Source: the human T2T-CHM13v2.0 reference genome, Homo sapiens
Assembly (NCBI RefSeq): GCF_009914755.1
Contig: NC_060946.1
DNA: 64,000 nt
Direction: 5' to 3' (one strand)
Shown here: piece by piece, positions 1 to 14,440 of the stretch
Numbering within the stretch: position 1 is the stretch's first letter
Layout of the letters: each line of letters begins with the position of its first letter
Notes under the pieces: generated by a model
Databases searched by the model: none
What the model saw: only the letters and a program-made list of their open reading frames with translations
What the model was told of the DNA's origin: nothing
Program-made: the position numbers and the translations under genes

Positions 1-570
1 AAAAGGACAAGTCACCTGCTCATGAGTGGGAAGGGCAGGATTGGGAGCAGCGGACTGTGGCTCCATTGCTCCTTGTTTCCTCCACAGGCCCCTCCCACGT
101 GTGCCCCTGAATGACCTAGAATGACTAATGTGCTCAAGGGATTTGATGCTGCAGATGCTTCGGCATGAAGGGTGGGGGTGGGGATGGGACAAGGCTGCAG
201 CTGAAGAGATGGGAGACCAACAACACACAGCAGGGGTTTCCATGGGGTGGGCACCCCCATTTCCTCACAGTTTAGAGAGCCTGGAGGTGGGTGCCAAGCA
301 GAGGGCACCATGGCGTGGCCCAGGCCTGGAGGTTCACAGAGACACAGGCACAACACAGCAGAGACACTGAGGGCCAGGAGCTCACTCAGATGAGGGACTT
401 CAGCAGATCTTTCTCTCTTGAGGAAATTAGGTACAAAGGAATCAAGTTCCTACCATCAGAATAGACAACAAGTTTTAATCTCCTCAGCTGAGCCCCGCTG
501 TCGAGGGAAGCAGAAGTCTCTGAGCCCGGCCCAGGTGAGAGTGGGGTGAGGAGAGGAGCTCAGGGTGCAG

Positions 571-614
571 ATTTGCATGAAGGCCCCACCCTCCTCTGAG
601 GCAGAGGGGATAAG
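571..614 (+). promoter_or_regulatory. IGLV2-34 promoter: octamer plus TATA-like GATAAG
   Basis: ATTTGCAT at 571-578 and GATAAG at 609-614, about 110 and 70 nt upstream of the leader ATG at 681; standard Ig light-chain V promoter layout. Confidence 0.85.
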
Positions 615-633
615 ACAAGTCTGGGGGTAGGCC

Positions 634-730
634 CAGCGCTGGGGTCTCAGGAGGCAGCGCTCTCTCGGGACGTCTCCACCATGGCCTGGGCTCTGCTCCT
701 TCTCACCCTCCTCACTCAGGGCACAGGTGA
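634..730 (+). ncRNA. miR-650 paralogous hairpin overlapping the IGLV2-34 5'UTR/leader exon
   Basis: 649-671 AGGAGGCAGCGCTCTCTCGGGAC closely resembles mature miR-650 (recalled as AGGAGGCAGCGCUCUCAGGAC) with the seed intact and a 2-nt insertion. miR-650 is known to lie over IGLV2 leader exons. Expression not shown. Confidence 0.5.
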
Positions 731-1151
731 CGCCTCCAGGGAAGGGGCCTTGGGGACCTCTGGGCTGATCTTTGGTCTCCTGCTCCTCAGACTCACCTGG
801 GCCCAGCACTGACTCACCAGAGTGTATTTCTCCCTCTTTCCAGGGTCCTGGGCCCAGTCTGTTCTGACTCAGCCTCGCTCAGTGTCCAGGTCTCCTGGAC
901 AGTAGGTTACTATCTTCTGCACTGGAACCAGCAGTGACATTGGGGGTTATGACCTTGTCTCCTGGTGCCAGTAGCACCCAGGCAAAGCCCCCAAACTCAT
1001 GATTTATGATGTCGGTAATTGGCCCTCAGGGGCCCCTGGTTGCTTCTCTGGCTCCAAGTCTGGCAACACGGCCTCCCTGACCATCTCTGGGCTCCAGGCT
1101 GAGGACGAGGCTGATTATTACTGCAGCTCATATGCAGGCAGCTACAATTTC
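681..1151 (+). pseudogene. IGLV2-34: Ig lambda variable 2-34 pseudogene
   Basis: Leader exon 681-726 ([15 protein letters not shown]), GT..AG intron 727-843, V exon 844-1151 reading [57 protein letters not shown]...[13 protein letters not shown]. In-frame TAG stops at 903-905 and 972-974. Confidence 0.93.
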
Positions 1152-1189
1152 CACAGTGGTCCAAGTTCATGCGTAATGAGACCAAAACC
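1152..1189 (+). other. V-RSS of IGLV2-34 (canonical heptamer, 22-nt spacer)
   Basis: CACAGTG 1152-1158, spacer 1159-1180 (22 nt, one short of 23), ACCAAAACC 1181-1189. Confidence 0.9.
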
Positions 1190-1690
1190 TGCCCTGGTCT
1201 CTCAGGCTCTCTCTCGCTATGAAGGTGCTTCCTTACCCTGTGCAGAAGAGGGCTTCATGCAACATGGCCTTGAGAATTTCATCCACTCTCAGCCCCTCTC
1301 CCCTCCAACAATGAAATGCAAAAGAAACATGCTCTCTGGTTAATTGTCTAGGGACAATGGCAGCTTCTTCTTTTCCTGTGTGATATGGTCCTGCATGGTG
1401 ACTCTTTCCAACTTTTCAATGGCAGGGACAGAGCAATAGGATCCATCTGCTCAGTACCATTTCTGCAGTTTTCTATGAAACCCTCACATTAAATGCCTCC
1501 ATCTCCCACACTGTGCTGACTGGCCTGGGTCTGTGCTCCAGAAATAACGTCTTACTCAACTCCATATCCACCACGCTGTAGTAAGGATGGCTGTCTTTGC
1601 TGGGTTATTTGTTCCTCTGCAGGTCTCTTCCCAAAGCAACACCAACTGAGAGAAGATCTGAAGATGTTGAGAGAGTGAGCATAAAAGTAA

Positions 1691-2047
<357 letters not shown>

Positions 2048-2454
2048 TGACCCGATGTCTATCTATGGGGGCTTAGCCAGGGCACATTTGAGTGATTGTT
2101 CTTTGCGAGAACATTGTTCTTTGCAGATCATTAAACCCCTGTCCTGGAAACAGTCCTGTACTTAGACTGTCTCCCTGTTAGCATGGGCTCTTTCCTAAAT
2201 GATCCACAGGAAAGCTTATTTGGTGGATGGGTCTTCTGTTCCTCAAGGACTCTATGGGTAGTTTATTTTCAAGGTGAGCCAATACTGTTTCTAGCTGGAA
2301 TCTCATTTAATCTCATAACCATGAGAATTAATTTTTTAAACCTGCAGGGTGTTCTCTAGCCATTTTTTTATTTTCTTTGATTTTGTGAGCCACTTTTAAA
2401 TTATAATCATCATTAAACCTTAAAACATATAAACTTCAATTAAGCAGATTATAT

Positions 2455-2751
2455 ATTTTATTTTATTTTTTGAGACAGAGTCTCGGTCTGTTGCCCAGGC
2501 TGGAGTGCAGTGGCACAATCTTGGCTCGCTGCAAACTCTGACTCCCGGGTTCAAGTGATTTTCGTGCCTCAGCCTCCCGAGTAGCTGGAATTACAGGCAT
2601 GTGCCATCACGCCTAGCTAATTTTTGCATTTTTAGTAGAGATGGGGTTTCACCGTGTTGGCCAGGCTGGTCTCGAACTTCTGACCTCGTGATCCACCCGC
2701 CTCGGTCTCCCGAAGTGCTGGGATTACAGGCATGAGCCATCAAGACCAGCC
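2455..2751 (-). mobile_element. Alu (AluS-like)
   Basis: Full-length antisense Alu consensus. Confidence 0.9.
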
Positions 2752-2777
2752 ACATATTTTTAAAAAGTACATTGGTT

Positions 2778-2955
2778 ATTATCCACATACCTTTGGACTG
2801 CTATAACACAATACCTTAAACTGGTGGCTTATAAAAACAGAAATGTATTTCTTACACTCGTGGAGGCTGGGAAGTCTTAAGATCAATGTGCTGGCAGATT
2901 TGGTGTCTAATGACTGTCTGCTTCCTCATAGAGGCCATTTTCTCACTGTGTCCTT
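2778..2955. mobile_element. MaLR LTR fragment (MLT1/MST family)
   Basis: Characteristic ctgctataacacaatacc...aaacagaaatgtatttct...ggaggctgggaagtc..aagatcaa MaLR motif. Confidence 0.65.
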
Positions 2956-5554
2956 GGAACTGAGGACAAAGCAGCTCCTGGTAAAGTTCAGATGTCTGTT
3001 TCTTGCAGGAAAATTTCTCTTTACAGTGATCTGGGCTACTGGCTCCAACACACGCACCCAGATGGATTTCTGAGCCGGTCATTGACCATTACCATTTTAA
3101 TATTATCTCAAATTATAAACATTATCTCAACTATTGTTTAATATAATATAGCACATAAATGTTTAAAGCATACATAGCGAAACAAGGGTCTTACATTCAA
3201 AACTGTCATTTCCCCAATCACCCATCTCCTTGTCCACCAAGCCCCAGTGCCACCACTTAGCTCATTGCTCCTTTGGCTTCACTTTCTGGTGCTCTTGCAA
3301 GTGTCTGTCATGTGTTACAAACAACAACAAATAGTCCTCCAAGAACGTTTACCTCCATAGAATCCCTATCCTGTTTCCTGAGTGGACATTTCCATTTTTA
3401 ATCTGGCAAAGATCAGTCAGCCCTGATTAGTGTTTTAAACTCATATCCATCTCTTTCTAGAAAAACACAGTAGGTTAAGCATCTCTCTGTGGATGGGGGA
3501 CCCTCATGAAGGCACACAGCTCTGAGCTGAGGTGGCCTCAATGTGTACAATGGAGCAAGACAAAGAAAAGTCCCATGTTCTGTGTGATAGACAGACAGGC
3601 ACTGATGAGAGGTCTCCAGAGCTGGCGCCCTTAGTCTAATCTTGACTCTAGTCCTCGTCTTTCCGACCCTTAAACACTAGAATTCCTGGTCTGCATTCCA
3701 TTAGGTCATTCTTAAATCTAGTGAGCTGTATCTCCTTCATGCAATGTTTTTCTTTCACTATTATTTTCAGCTTTATTGACATATAATTGACAAATAAAAA
3801 TTCTATATATTTATGGTATACAACTTGATATATTAATACATTTGTTGTACATTGATATATTTGTTGTGAAATTACTGCAATAATTGTGTGAAATCACAAT
3901 CAATCTAATTCACATAAAATAACCTTACATAATTATCATCTTCTTTCTTTTTTTTTTTTTTGGTGAGAACACTTACAATCTACCAAATTAGCAAATTTAA
4001 AGTAAATAATGCAATATTGTTAACCATAGTCACATTGCGGTACATTAGCTATCTAGAACTTATTCATCTTGTATCACTGTACTCTTTTATACCCTTTGAT
4101 AAACATCTCCCCATTTCCCTTTTCCCTCCCCAGTCCTGACACCCACCATTTTACTCTCTGGTTCTATGAGTTTGAATATTTTAGATTCTACATGCAAATA
4201 AGATCATGCAGTATTTGCCTTTCTGTTTCTGGCTTATATCAGTTAACATAATGTCCTCCAGCTTTATCCATGTTGTTGCAAATGATGGGATTTCCTTTAT
4301 TTTTTAAAACTTGGCAATATTTGTGTGTGTGTATGTGTGTGTATGTATGTATGTATGTGTGTGCATGCACCACATTTTCTTTATCCATTCATTTGTCATC
4401 AGAAATTTAGGTTGTTTCCATGTGTTGGCTATTGTGAATAATGTTGCAAAAGACATGGGAGAACAGATATCTATTCAAGATTCTGATTTCATTTTGTTTT
4501 GAGATATGCTCAGAATTGGTATTGCTGGATTATATGGTAGTTCTATTTTTAATTTTTTAAGGAATCCCCATACATTTTCTACAATGGCTGTTTAGTTTAC
4601 ATTCCTTTCAACAGTGTACAAGAGTTTCTTTTGTCCACATCCTTGCCAACATTTGTTATCGTTTATCTTTTTGATAAATTACAGGCACGTGCCAACACAC
4701 CTGGCTAATTTTTTATATTTTTGGTAGAGACGGGGTTTCACCATGTTGGCCAGGCTGGTTTCGAACTCCTGACCTCAAGTGATCCACTGCCTCGGCCTCT
4801 CAAAGTGCCGGGATTACAGGTGTGAGCCACCATGCCTGGCCTATTTTTTCTATTTCTATAAAGAATGACATTTGTGTATTGATAGGTCTAGCATTGAATC
4901 TGGAGATCACTTTAGGTAGTATGAACATTTAAGAATATTAGTTCTTCCAATTTATAAACACGAGATGTCTTGATATTTATCTGTATCTTCTTTAACATTC
5001 TTCATCACTGTTTTATAATTTCCAGTGTAAAACTCTTTCACCTCCTTCGTTAAGTTTATTCCTAAGTACTAATTCCTTTTGTAAATGTGATTGCTTTCTT
5101 AATTTTATTTTCATATATTTACTGTCTGTGTGTAGAAACGTCATCAATTTTTGTATGTTGATTTTTTTATCCTTCAAATTTACTTAATTTAGTTTTAACA
5201 GACTTTTTGTTATTGTGGAGTCTTTAGGTCTTTCTACACTTATGTTTATGTCATCTGCACACAAAGATTAGGATTTTAATCCTTCTTTTCCAATTTGGAT
5301 GCGTTTCATTTCTTTTTCTTGTCGAATTTCTCTGGTTAGGGATTCCAGTGCAATGTTGAATTAAAATAAGTGGAGAGGGGGCATCTTGCCTTGTGTGGGA
5401 TCTTAGGGGAAAAGCTTCTGTTTTTTTCCCATTGATTATGATGTTAGTTGTGGGCTTTTCACATATGGTTTTTATTGTGTTGTGGTAAGTTTCTTCTGTA
5501 CCTATTTCATTTTATTTTTGTTTTTTTAAATATTTATTTTATAATAGAGATTAA

Positions 5555-5842
<288 letters not shown>

Positions 5843-6636
5843 TGAATGGATGTTGAATTTGGCCACATGCCTTTTGTACATCTGTGGACATAATCATATG
5901 TGTGTGTGTGTGTGTGAATCTTTCAGCCTGTGGATGCGCTATACCATCCTTGCACATGCGGAATCATCCTTTTATCCAGGGATAAACCCCACCTGTTCCT
6001 GATGTATGATCTTCTTAACATACTGTTGAATTTGGTTTGCTAGTATTTTACTGAGAATTTTTGCATTTAATATCTGTTAATGTTTATCAGAGGTAGACTG
6101 GCTTGCAGTTTTTTTTTCTTTTCTGGTGTTGTCTTTGCTTTGTTTTGGTATCAGGGTGATCCCGACCTCATAAAACAATTTTGGAAGTGTTCCCTTTTCT
6201 ATTTTTTGGAAGACTTTAAGAAGAATTAATATTAACTCATCTTTGAATGTTTGGTAGAACATTCAGCTATGAAGCCATCTGGTCCTGGGCTTTTCTTTGT
6301 TGAGATATTTTTGATTATTGAGTCAATCTCCTTCTTTGTTATTGGTATGTTCAGGCTTTGTATTTTTTATTGATTTGCTTTTTTTTTTAAGTTGACTGTT
6401 TCTAGGAATTTATTTATGTCTTTTAATTTATCTAGCTTGGTGTATAATTTTTCAAAATAGTCCCTTATGATCCTATTTATTTATTTGAGACAGGGTCTTT
6501 CTCTGTCACCCAGGCTAGAGTGGAGAGGCTTGACCACAGCTCACTGCAGCCACAACCTCCCAGGCTCAAGTAATCCTCCCACCTCAGCTTTCTGAGTAGC
6601 TGGGACTACAGGCATGCACCACCATGCCTGGATAAT

Positions 6637-6657
6637 TTCTTTTTCTTTCTTTCTTTC

Positions 6658-6721
<64 letters not shown>

Positions 6722-6750
6722 TCCTTCCTTCTTTCTTTTCTTCTTTTTTT
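6637..6750. repeat. (TTTC)n microsatellite expanded in an Alu linker
   Basis: Long TTTC array between the two arms of an antisense AluJ-like element. Confidence 0.9.
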
Positions 6751-7834
6751 TGTATAGATGTGACCTCACTGTGTTGCCCAGGCTGGTCTTGAATTCCTGG
6801 GCTCCAGAGATCCACCTGCCTCGGCCTCCCAAGTGTTGGGATTACAGGTGTGAGCCTTTTTATTTCTGAGACATCTGTTGTAATAGCTCCTTTTTTCATT
6901 TTGGATTTTATTTGAGTCTTCTCTCTTTTTTCACAGTGTAGCTAAGGATTTGTCAACTTTGTTTAATTTTTCAGAAAACCATCTCTTAGTTTTGTTTTTT
7001 TCTATTATCTGTTTGATTTATTTCTGCTGTAATCTTTATTATTTCATTTTTTTCTGCTAAGTTTGGGCTTAGTTTGTTCCTCTTTTTCTAGTTCGTTGAG
7101 TTATAATTTTAGGTTTCTTATTTGAGATCTTTCTTCTTTTTTAATGTTTGCTTATCTCCATAAACTTCCCACTCAGCACTGCTTTTACTGCATCCTATAG
7201 GTTTGGTGTGCTGTGTTTTAATTTTCATTTGAAGATATTTTTAAAATTCCCTTTGGTTTTCCTCTTTGACCCAATGCTTGTTCAACATGTGATGTTTGAT
7301 TTCTGCCTATTTGTGATTTTTTCCATTTTTTTTTACTGTTATTAATTTCCAGATTCATTTCTTGTTGTAAAAAAAGATTTTTGGAATGATTTAATTCTCC
7401 TTACGTTTCTTAAGACTTGTTTTGTGACCAAACATGAGCTCTCTCCTGGAGAATATACCCTGTGCATGTAAGAAGACATTTTGAGAACCCAGGTGGTCTT
7501 TTCTCATACCATTTTTCTCACCCAGTGCTTATACTGAGGTTAGTTCATTTTACATCTAACATTTTCTCAGCCTGGAGCTAAGACACCTCATGTACCTTTG
7601 ACAAAGCCATTCTAGCACAAGCAAAATGGTCCTGAGAACGAGTATCTTAGCCACCTGGTATGGCAGAGGACACATTCATCATGGAAAAAGTCTGAGGAAA
7701 AGGGTCAAGATTAGCATGGATCGAGGGCCTGGTCCTGAGCTGGGAGGAGAAAAAGGCAGGTTGGAGTGGGACCAAACCAGGTATTTCTATCTCTCACTTA
7801 GAATTGTGTCTTGGTACTTGAGATGAACCATCTG

Positions 7835-7853
7835 AGGCCACCAGGGGGCAGCA
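7835..7853 (+). promoter_or_regulatory. Putative CTCF site
   Basis: AGGCCACCAGGGGGCAGCA closely matches the CTCF core (TGGCCACCAGGGGGCGC); about 1.1 kb upstream of IGLV2-33. Confidence 0.6.
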
Positions 7854-7916
7854 GGGGACTAGGTTGGAGAAGATGATTGATAAAGTTTATCCTGACCTTT
7901 AAGAAGCCCCTGAGTC

Positions 7917-8279
<363 letters not shown>

Positions 8280-8839
8280 TTAAAAAAAAAAAGAAATCCC
8301 AAGAGCTACTTACCCTTGAATATCTCTAAAGGTACTGGGAAGCAGTGCTCCAAATCTGTTGTGGCCCAGTGAATTCCTTTTTAGAAGCACCATTAATGGT
8401 CCTAGTTCAACATGTCAGGCCCCAGCTTTAAACCACTGCAGGGGCAGGGGATGTAGCAGTGCTTAGAACCCACCTTAGCTCAGAGGACCAAGATGGTTGG
8501 GCAGGGGATGAGGGAAATGAGAAGTTCCAGCACTGTCTGAAGTCTCTGGGAGGAGGAGTGATTGAACTTTCCCACCCGGCCTGGGAGCAGCCTGTCCTCA
8601 CATTCATCCCTCACAGCACAAAGGAGAAGTCCTGGTTTCCTCAGCCTGGAGCTCCTGCAATAGTGAGGGTTAGGATATCTCTGGACTGGCCTGATGTCCT
8701 GGGCACTCTCATGGGTTCAGTCTCAGGAAATCCATGCCTAGGCTGGATTAATACCCTCAGCTGAGCCTCACAGGGAAGCAGAAGTCTCTGAGCCCAGGCC
8801 CAGGTGAGGGTGGGGTGAGGAGAGGAGCTCAGGACACAG

Positions 8840-8882
8840 ATTTGCATGGAGGCCCTGCCCTCCTCTGAGGCGGGGGGATAAG
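8840..8882 (+). promoter_or_regulatory. IGLV2-33 promoter: octamer plus GATAAG
   Basis: ATTTGCAT 8840-8847; GATAAG about 8877-8882. Confidence 0.85.
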
Positions 8883-8944
8883 ACAGGGCTAGAGGCAGGC
8901 CCGGTGCTGGGGTCTCAAGGCAGCGCTCTCGGGACATCTCCACC

Positions 8945-9420
8945 ATGGCCTGGGCTCTGCTCCTCCTCACCCTCCTCACTCAGGGCACAGGTGACACCTC
9001 CAGGGAAATGGCCTTGGGGACCTCTGAGCTGATGCTTGGTCTTCTGCTCCTGCTCCTCAGGGTCACTGGACCCAGTACTGACCCAGTAGAGTGTGTTTCT
9101 CCCTCTTTCCAGGGTCCTGGGCCCAATCTGCCCTGACTCAGCCTCCTTTTGTGTCCGGGGCTCCTGGACAGTCGGTCACCATCTCCTGCACTGGAACCAG
9201 CAGTGACGTTGGGGATTATGATCATGTCTTCTGGTACCAAAAGCGTCTCAGCACTACCTCCAGACTCCTGATTTACAATGTCAATACTCGGCCTTCAGGG
9301 ATCTCTGACCTCTTCTCAGGCTCCAAGTCTGGCAACATGGCTTCCCTGACCATCTCTGGGCTCAAGTCCGAGGTTGAGGCTAATTATCACTGCAGCTTAT
9401 ATTCAAGTAGTTACACTTTC
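8945..9420 (+). CDS. IGLV2-33: Ig lambda variable 2-33 (open frame but non-functional V gene)
   Basis: Leader exon 8945-8990, GT..AG intron 8991-9112, V exon 9113-9420 reading [99 protein letters not shown]. No stops; both Cys and the Trp are kept; the RSS heptamer is defective. Confidence 0.93.
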
Positions 9421-9459
9421 CATAGTGGTCCAAGTTCCTAGGGAACTGAGACCAAAACC
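9421..9459 (+). other. V-RSS of IGLV2-33 with mutated heptamer
   Basis: CATAGTG 9421-9427 (critical CAC changed to CAT), 23-nt spacer, ACCAAAACC 9451-9459. Confidence 0.9.
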
Positions 9460-10033
9460 TGCCCTGGGCTCTCAGGCTCTGTCTTTGCTCTGAAGATGCT
9501 TCCTCACCCTGTGCCAGGGGCTTCCTGCAACAGGGCCTTGAGAATTCACTTCTCTGTCAGCTCCTCTCCTTTTCCATCAATTCCCAAAGGAAACCTCCTC
9601 TCTTGTTTACTCTCCGGGATATGACAGCTTCTTCTTTACTCGTATGACGGATGTCCTCTCTGAATTGGAAACTACTTCTAGCTCTTTAACAGGAAGTACA
9701 TACCGGCAGGGAAATGCCTGCCTAGTGCAGTCCCCATACTTCTTCGGATGATCCTCACTTTATTATTTATTTTTATTTTTGTATGCACTAAAGTCGTCAA
9801 TGTAAATCCTTACGTCGAATGCCTCCACTTCCCACATTGTGTAGCACAGCCTGGATTCAGTTCTTCAGAAATGACGTCCTCTTCAATGATAAAGGACCAC
9901 TGCTCTGTGAACACCCCACTCTAGTGAAGATAGCCCACCTTGCTGGGTTATTCATGTACATCTTTTGTGGAAGCAGCAACCACTGTGTAAAGCTCCAAAG
10001 ATGTTTTAAAGCAATGAAAACAAAGAGGAAGAA

Positions 10034-10034
<1 letters not shown>

Positions 10035-10075
<41 letters not shown>
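10035..10075. repeat. (TG)20 microsatellite
   Basis: Pure TG array. Confidence 0.95.
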
Positions 10076-10077
<2 letters not shown>

Positions 10078-10577
10078 GGTCCATCCTGTTTGCCCTAATA
10101 TCTCAGGTTGCCGAGCTAGGGAGTATTTGAGTGACAGACTTGGTGCCCTCTCAGGATCCTCCTCCTCTCACATCACTGAGTCCCTGTCCTGGAAACACCC
10201 TACAGGTGGACAATCTCCCCATAGTATGGAAGTTTCCAAAATGGCTCCACAGGGAAGAGTTGAGCTGAACACACCCACTCTTTCTCATGGGCATCAAATA
10301 TATCTAATTTTTCTGGGGAAATCATCAATTTCTAGCTGGAATCCTGATTAATCGACAGACTGTGAGAATTAAAAATTTTAAAAATATTCAGACATATCCA
10401 GAGTCCAGTACTTAAATTCTCTGGAATTTTGTGAGCCAATCTTTAAACATAGTTATTATTGTAGTTTAGAGTTCATGAACCTGAATTAAATAGATTCTAT
10501 TAAACATAAAGTGCCTTAGTTGTCTATTGTTGCATAAAAATTACTCCTAAAATTAACATATTCTTAATGAGAACACA

Positions 10578-11256
<679 letters not shown>

Positions 11257-13739
11257 AATGTATTTGTGATCTTGTAGTTTTCTTGCATCAAGAATCTGAG
11301 AGCTGCTTAGTTTGGTGGTTCTGACTCTGGGCTCCTCATGAAATTGCAGCCAAGCTGTCAGGCGGGGCTGCATTCAGAGGCCAGAGCAGGTGGCCAGGCC
11401 CAGCCTGAGGGGGCTTCTACTGTCCCTAACCTCTTTGGCAGATGTAGATGAAGTCAGGGAAAAGGGGAGCTCCCCACAGTGGGTAGCATCCCAGTGTCAG
11501 AGGGAAGGCACCATGGAGCAGTGGGACCAGCACAGGACCCTGGGGGTGCACTCAGACCTACCTGGAGGGATGGCAAGAAGGGGCATTCACAGCAGGGACA
11601 GGATAAAGGGCCTCTGCCCCATGTCCAGAGCTGTCTTGGCAGCTCAGTCACATTGGTTATCAGGTAAATCGGAGGTAAACCCTATCCTGAGTTTTACCAC
11701 TGAAAATGGGTACAATTTGAACTAGGAGTGTTTTCAGACTTTTTCTTTCCATATTGACTTCTTAATAACCGCGATTTAATTTTTTTTAACCCCAGCCTAG
11801 TTTAGCTACATAGCTTCCAAATGTCATGCTACTGTGAAACTGAGCAATTAGTTACTTTTATCAGAGCATTTTAAATTTGAACAGGTTCCTTGGTCTTTCT
11901 ATGTGTAATTAGTCAAAGCTTAGGTATGGAGTAGAGGATCTTTACCAAATGCTTTTCTAGACTCTGTTTTCATTGGACTTATAGCAGCTGTTTCACCTGG
12001 GCCATGCAGGAATAGGAGAGTTGTTGCTCCTTGACATAGCATCTGTAACATGCCTATCCTTTCTGCCACTATAAAAATAGCTGTGCTTTCTCTCCACTCG
12101 TCTCTCCTGCTGTTTCCCTGTTTTTCCTATTAAATATGCAGTGTTTGCAATCCATCTTGCATTCTGAGAAGATGAGGATTTTTTTTCATAAAGAATGACC
12201 TAAAATAGCTCTAAAGATCATCAGAAGTCACAACTACATACTTACTGGAGTGCAATACCAAATGTGGCCTCTGATTACAGTAACCTGGAGCTTGCAGTTT
12301 AAGCAATTCAGTCCCTGTCACTTGTGGACAGATTCGTATGTCTGTGGATGAGAAGATGAGCAACGGTCACTCCTGTGCTCATGCACAGATCCCTCCCTGC
12401 CCCTGTCCTCAAATTCAGACTGAAGTGCATGGCCCTGGAGCATTACATGAGTGATGGTTTAAGAGCACGTTGGTGATACACACAATATTAATGGTATCTT
12501 AATTTGCTTGTTAAGCATAATTTGAAAACATCTGGACAAATTTGGACACAATTTGAAGGGCATATTTGATAATAGCTTGTGACAAATGATTCCGTTCTGG
12601 GAGAGATGCTATTTTTGGTTCTCTAAATCGCCATGAAATGAAAATCTCAGATTATAAAGAAATAGACTCAAATCCCAAGTGTCTTTTGCTTTTCATTCCC
12701 CATCAACTGTGTTGCCCAAGCACCATGTGGACACTGCTTACAGGGTAGGCAGCCACCAGCTGAAGGCAGGTTCTTTAGTTGTCTGAGCTGTCCTGGAGCT
12801 GGGAACAGCAGCGTGTGTTCTGTGCCTGTTGGTCCCTATGTAGCACACACCCACTGCATATTCTCGCTGACTCACCAGGAGGGCTTGCAGCAGCCCTGGC
12901 CTATTTTCTTCTGAAGCACCTGCCAATGGTGCATTCTCCCCTGGTCATAATGCACCAGGAGATAAACATGGCATTTGACACACAGGTGCTAACTGGATCT
13001 AGGACTTCTAAGCTTAAGTAGACTCAGAGTGGGCAATCTAAAAAAAAAAAAAAAAATAGGTTCTCAATCGGTAGCCCAGGCTGGAGTGCAGTGGCTCCAT
13101 CTCCTACCTCAGCCTCCTGAGTTGCTGGGACAACAGGTGTGTGCCACCATGCCCAGCCAACAGAGAGGGCAATATGGACTTGAAATGGACAATTTCCATT
13201 ACTTGAAAGTTTTTGAGAAAGAACTGAGGTTTGTTTAAGAGGAAATCAGCCAGAGACTCAAAGTTAAATCTATCAGGCCCAAAGTCTCTTTGGGGAAAGG
13301 AGACTCTTGGACGTGCACGCAGCAGCAAGTGGTATGGGATCCCTTCTCTGTGGGGACCTTGGCCCAACTGCCAATCTTTTCAACTGACCCATTTGCGTTT
13401 TCCATAAGTGCTCACCAGCCAGCAGCTGTGACTGCCCCTCAGTCTCAGGAAGGGAGAAAGAAGGAAACAGGAGCAAAGCCTCTTTCAGTCTTAGCAAATA
13501 AAGTGGGAGCTTTGACTTTTTTGAACACCCAGATGACAGGAAAGAGGAGGAAAATTTTCCTAAAGCTGTTATTTTTTAATGCCTCAGGAAGAATCACACC
13601 CGGAGTCTCATCCACACTTTATTTGGAGGTATTTGGGTCTCAGAGTTTGTGCTGAGTTAGTTAATGATTTGGGCTACTGGGATGGGGTGAATGTGTTTTA
13701 CAAGTGAGAAAGAAATAAGCTTTGGAGTCCACAGGGTGG

Positions 13740-14135
13740 AGGCTTATTGGCTAAATTGTGTCCCTCAAGATTCATGCAATGAAGCCTTAATCACAGTGTG
13801 TGACTAAATTTGGAGACAGGGTCTTTATGGAGGTGATTAAGTGAAAATGAGGTCATGAGGGTGGGTTCTTATCCAGTCTGACTGGTGTTCTCCTTAGAAG
13901 AGAAAATTTGCACACACAGAAATCAGACACCAGAGATGAGCAGGCGGAGGAAAGACCATGTGAGGTCACAGCAAGGAGGTAACGACCTGCAAGCCAAGGA
14001 GAGAGGCCTCAGGGAAAATCAGTCCTACCAACACTTTCACCCTGGACTTTCCAGCTTCAGCACTGAGAAAATAAGTTTTGCTGTTGAGGCCACTAGTTCT
14101 TTGGTATCTTGTGATGGCAGCACTGGCAAATGAAA
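13740..14135. mobile_element. MLT1-family MaLR LTR
   Basis: tggctaaattgtgtccctcaagattcat...ggagacagggtcttt...gccaaggagagaggcctcag...gacttt ccagcttc...gcagcact motifs. Confidence 0.75.
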
Positions 14136-14440
14136 ACAAGAGGGACCCCAAAGACCTTGGGTAGGGGGAACAGATGGAGCAGGGTGCAGGAGGCAGGGCA
14201 GGGAGGGGCTGGAAGGTCATGCTCTGAGGTTCGTTTCCTGGATGGAACTGGGACTCCACTCACTACTGTCTGGGGAACTTGGGGAAAAAACTTCACCTCC
14301 CAATATTGATTCCCTAATAAAATCTGGGCCCTGAGCATAGGGCTCCTCATCTTCCTACTCCATATGATGCAAGTTTTCTTGAAGTTATGCTTGTAAAACA
14401 CTCACCAATGCATCTGGCATATATTAAGGGCTCAAAAGTA

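Noticed and set aside
6077-6262. Active L1 reverse transcriptase
   Set aside because: A short fragment of an old L1 that is disrupted and interrupted by Alus.
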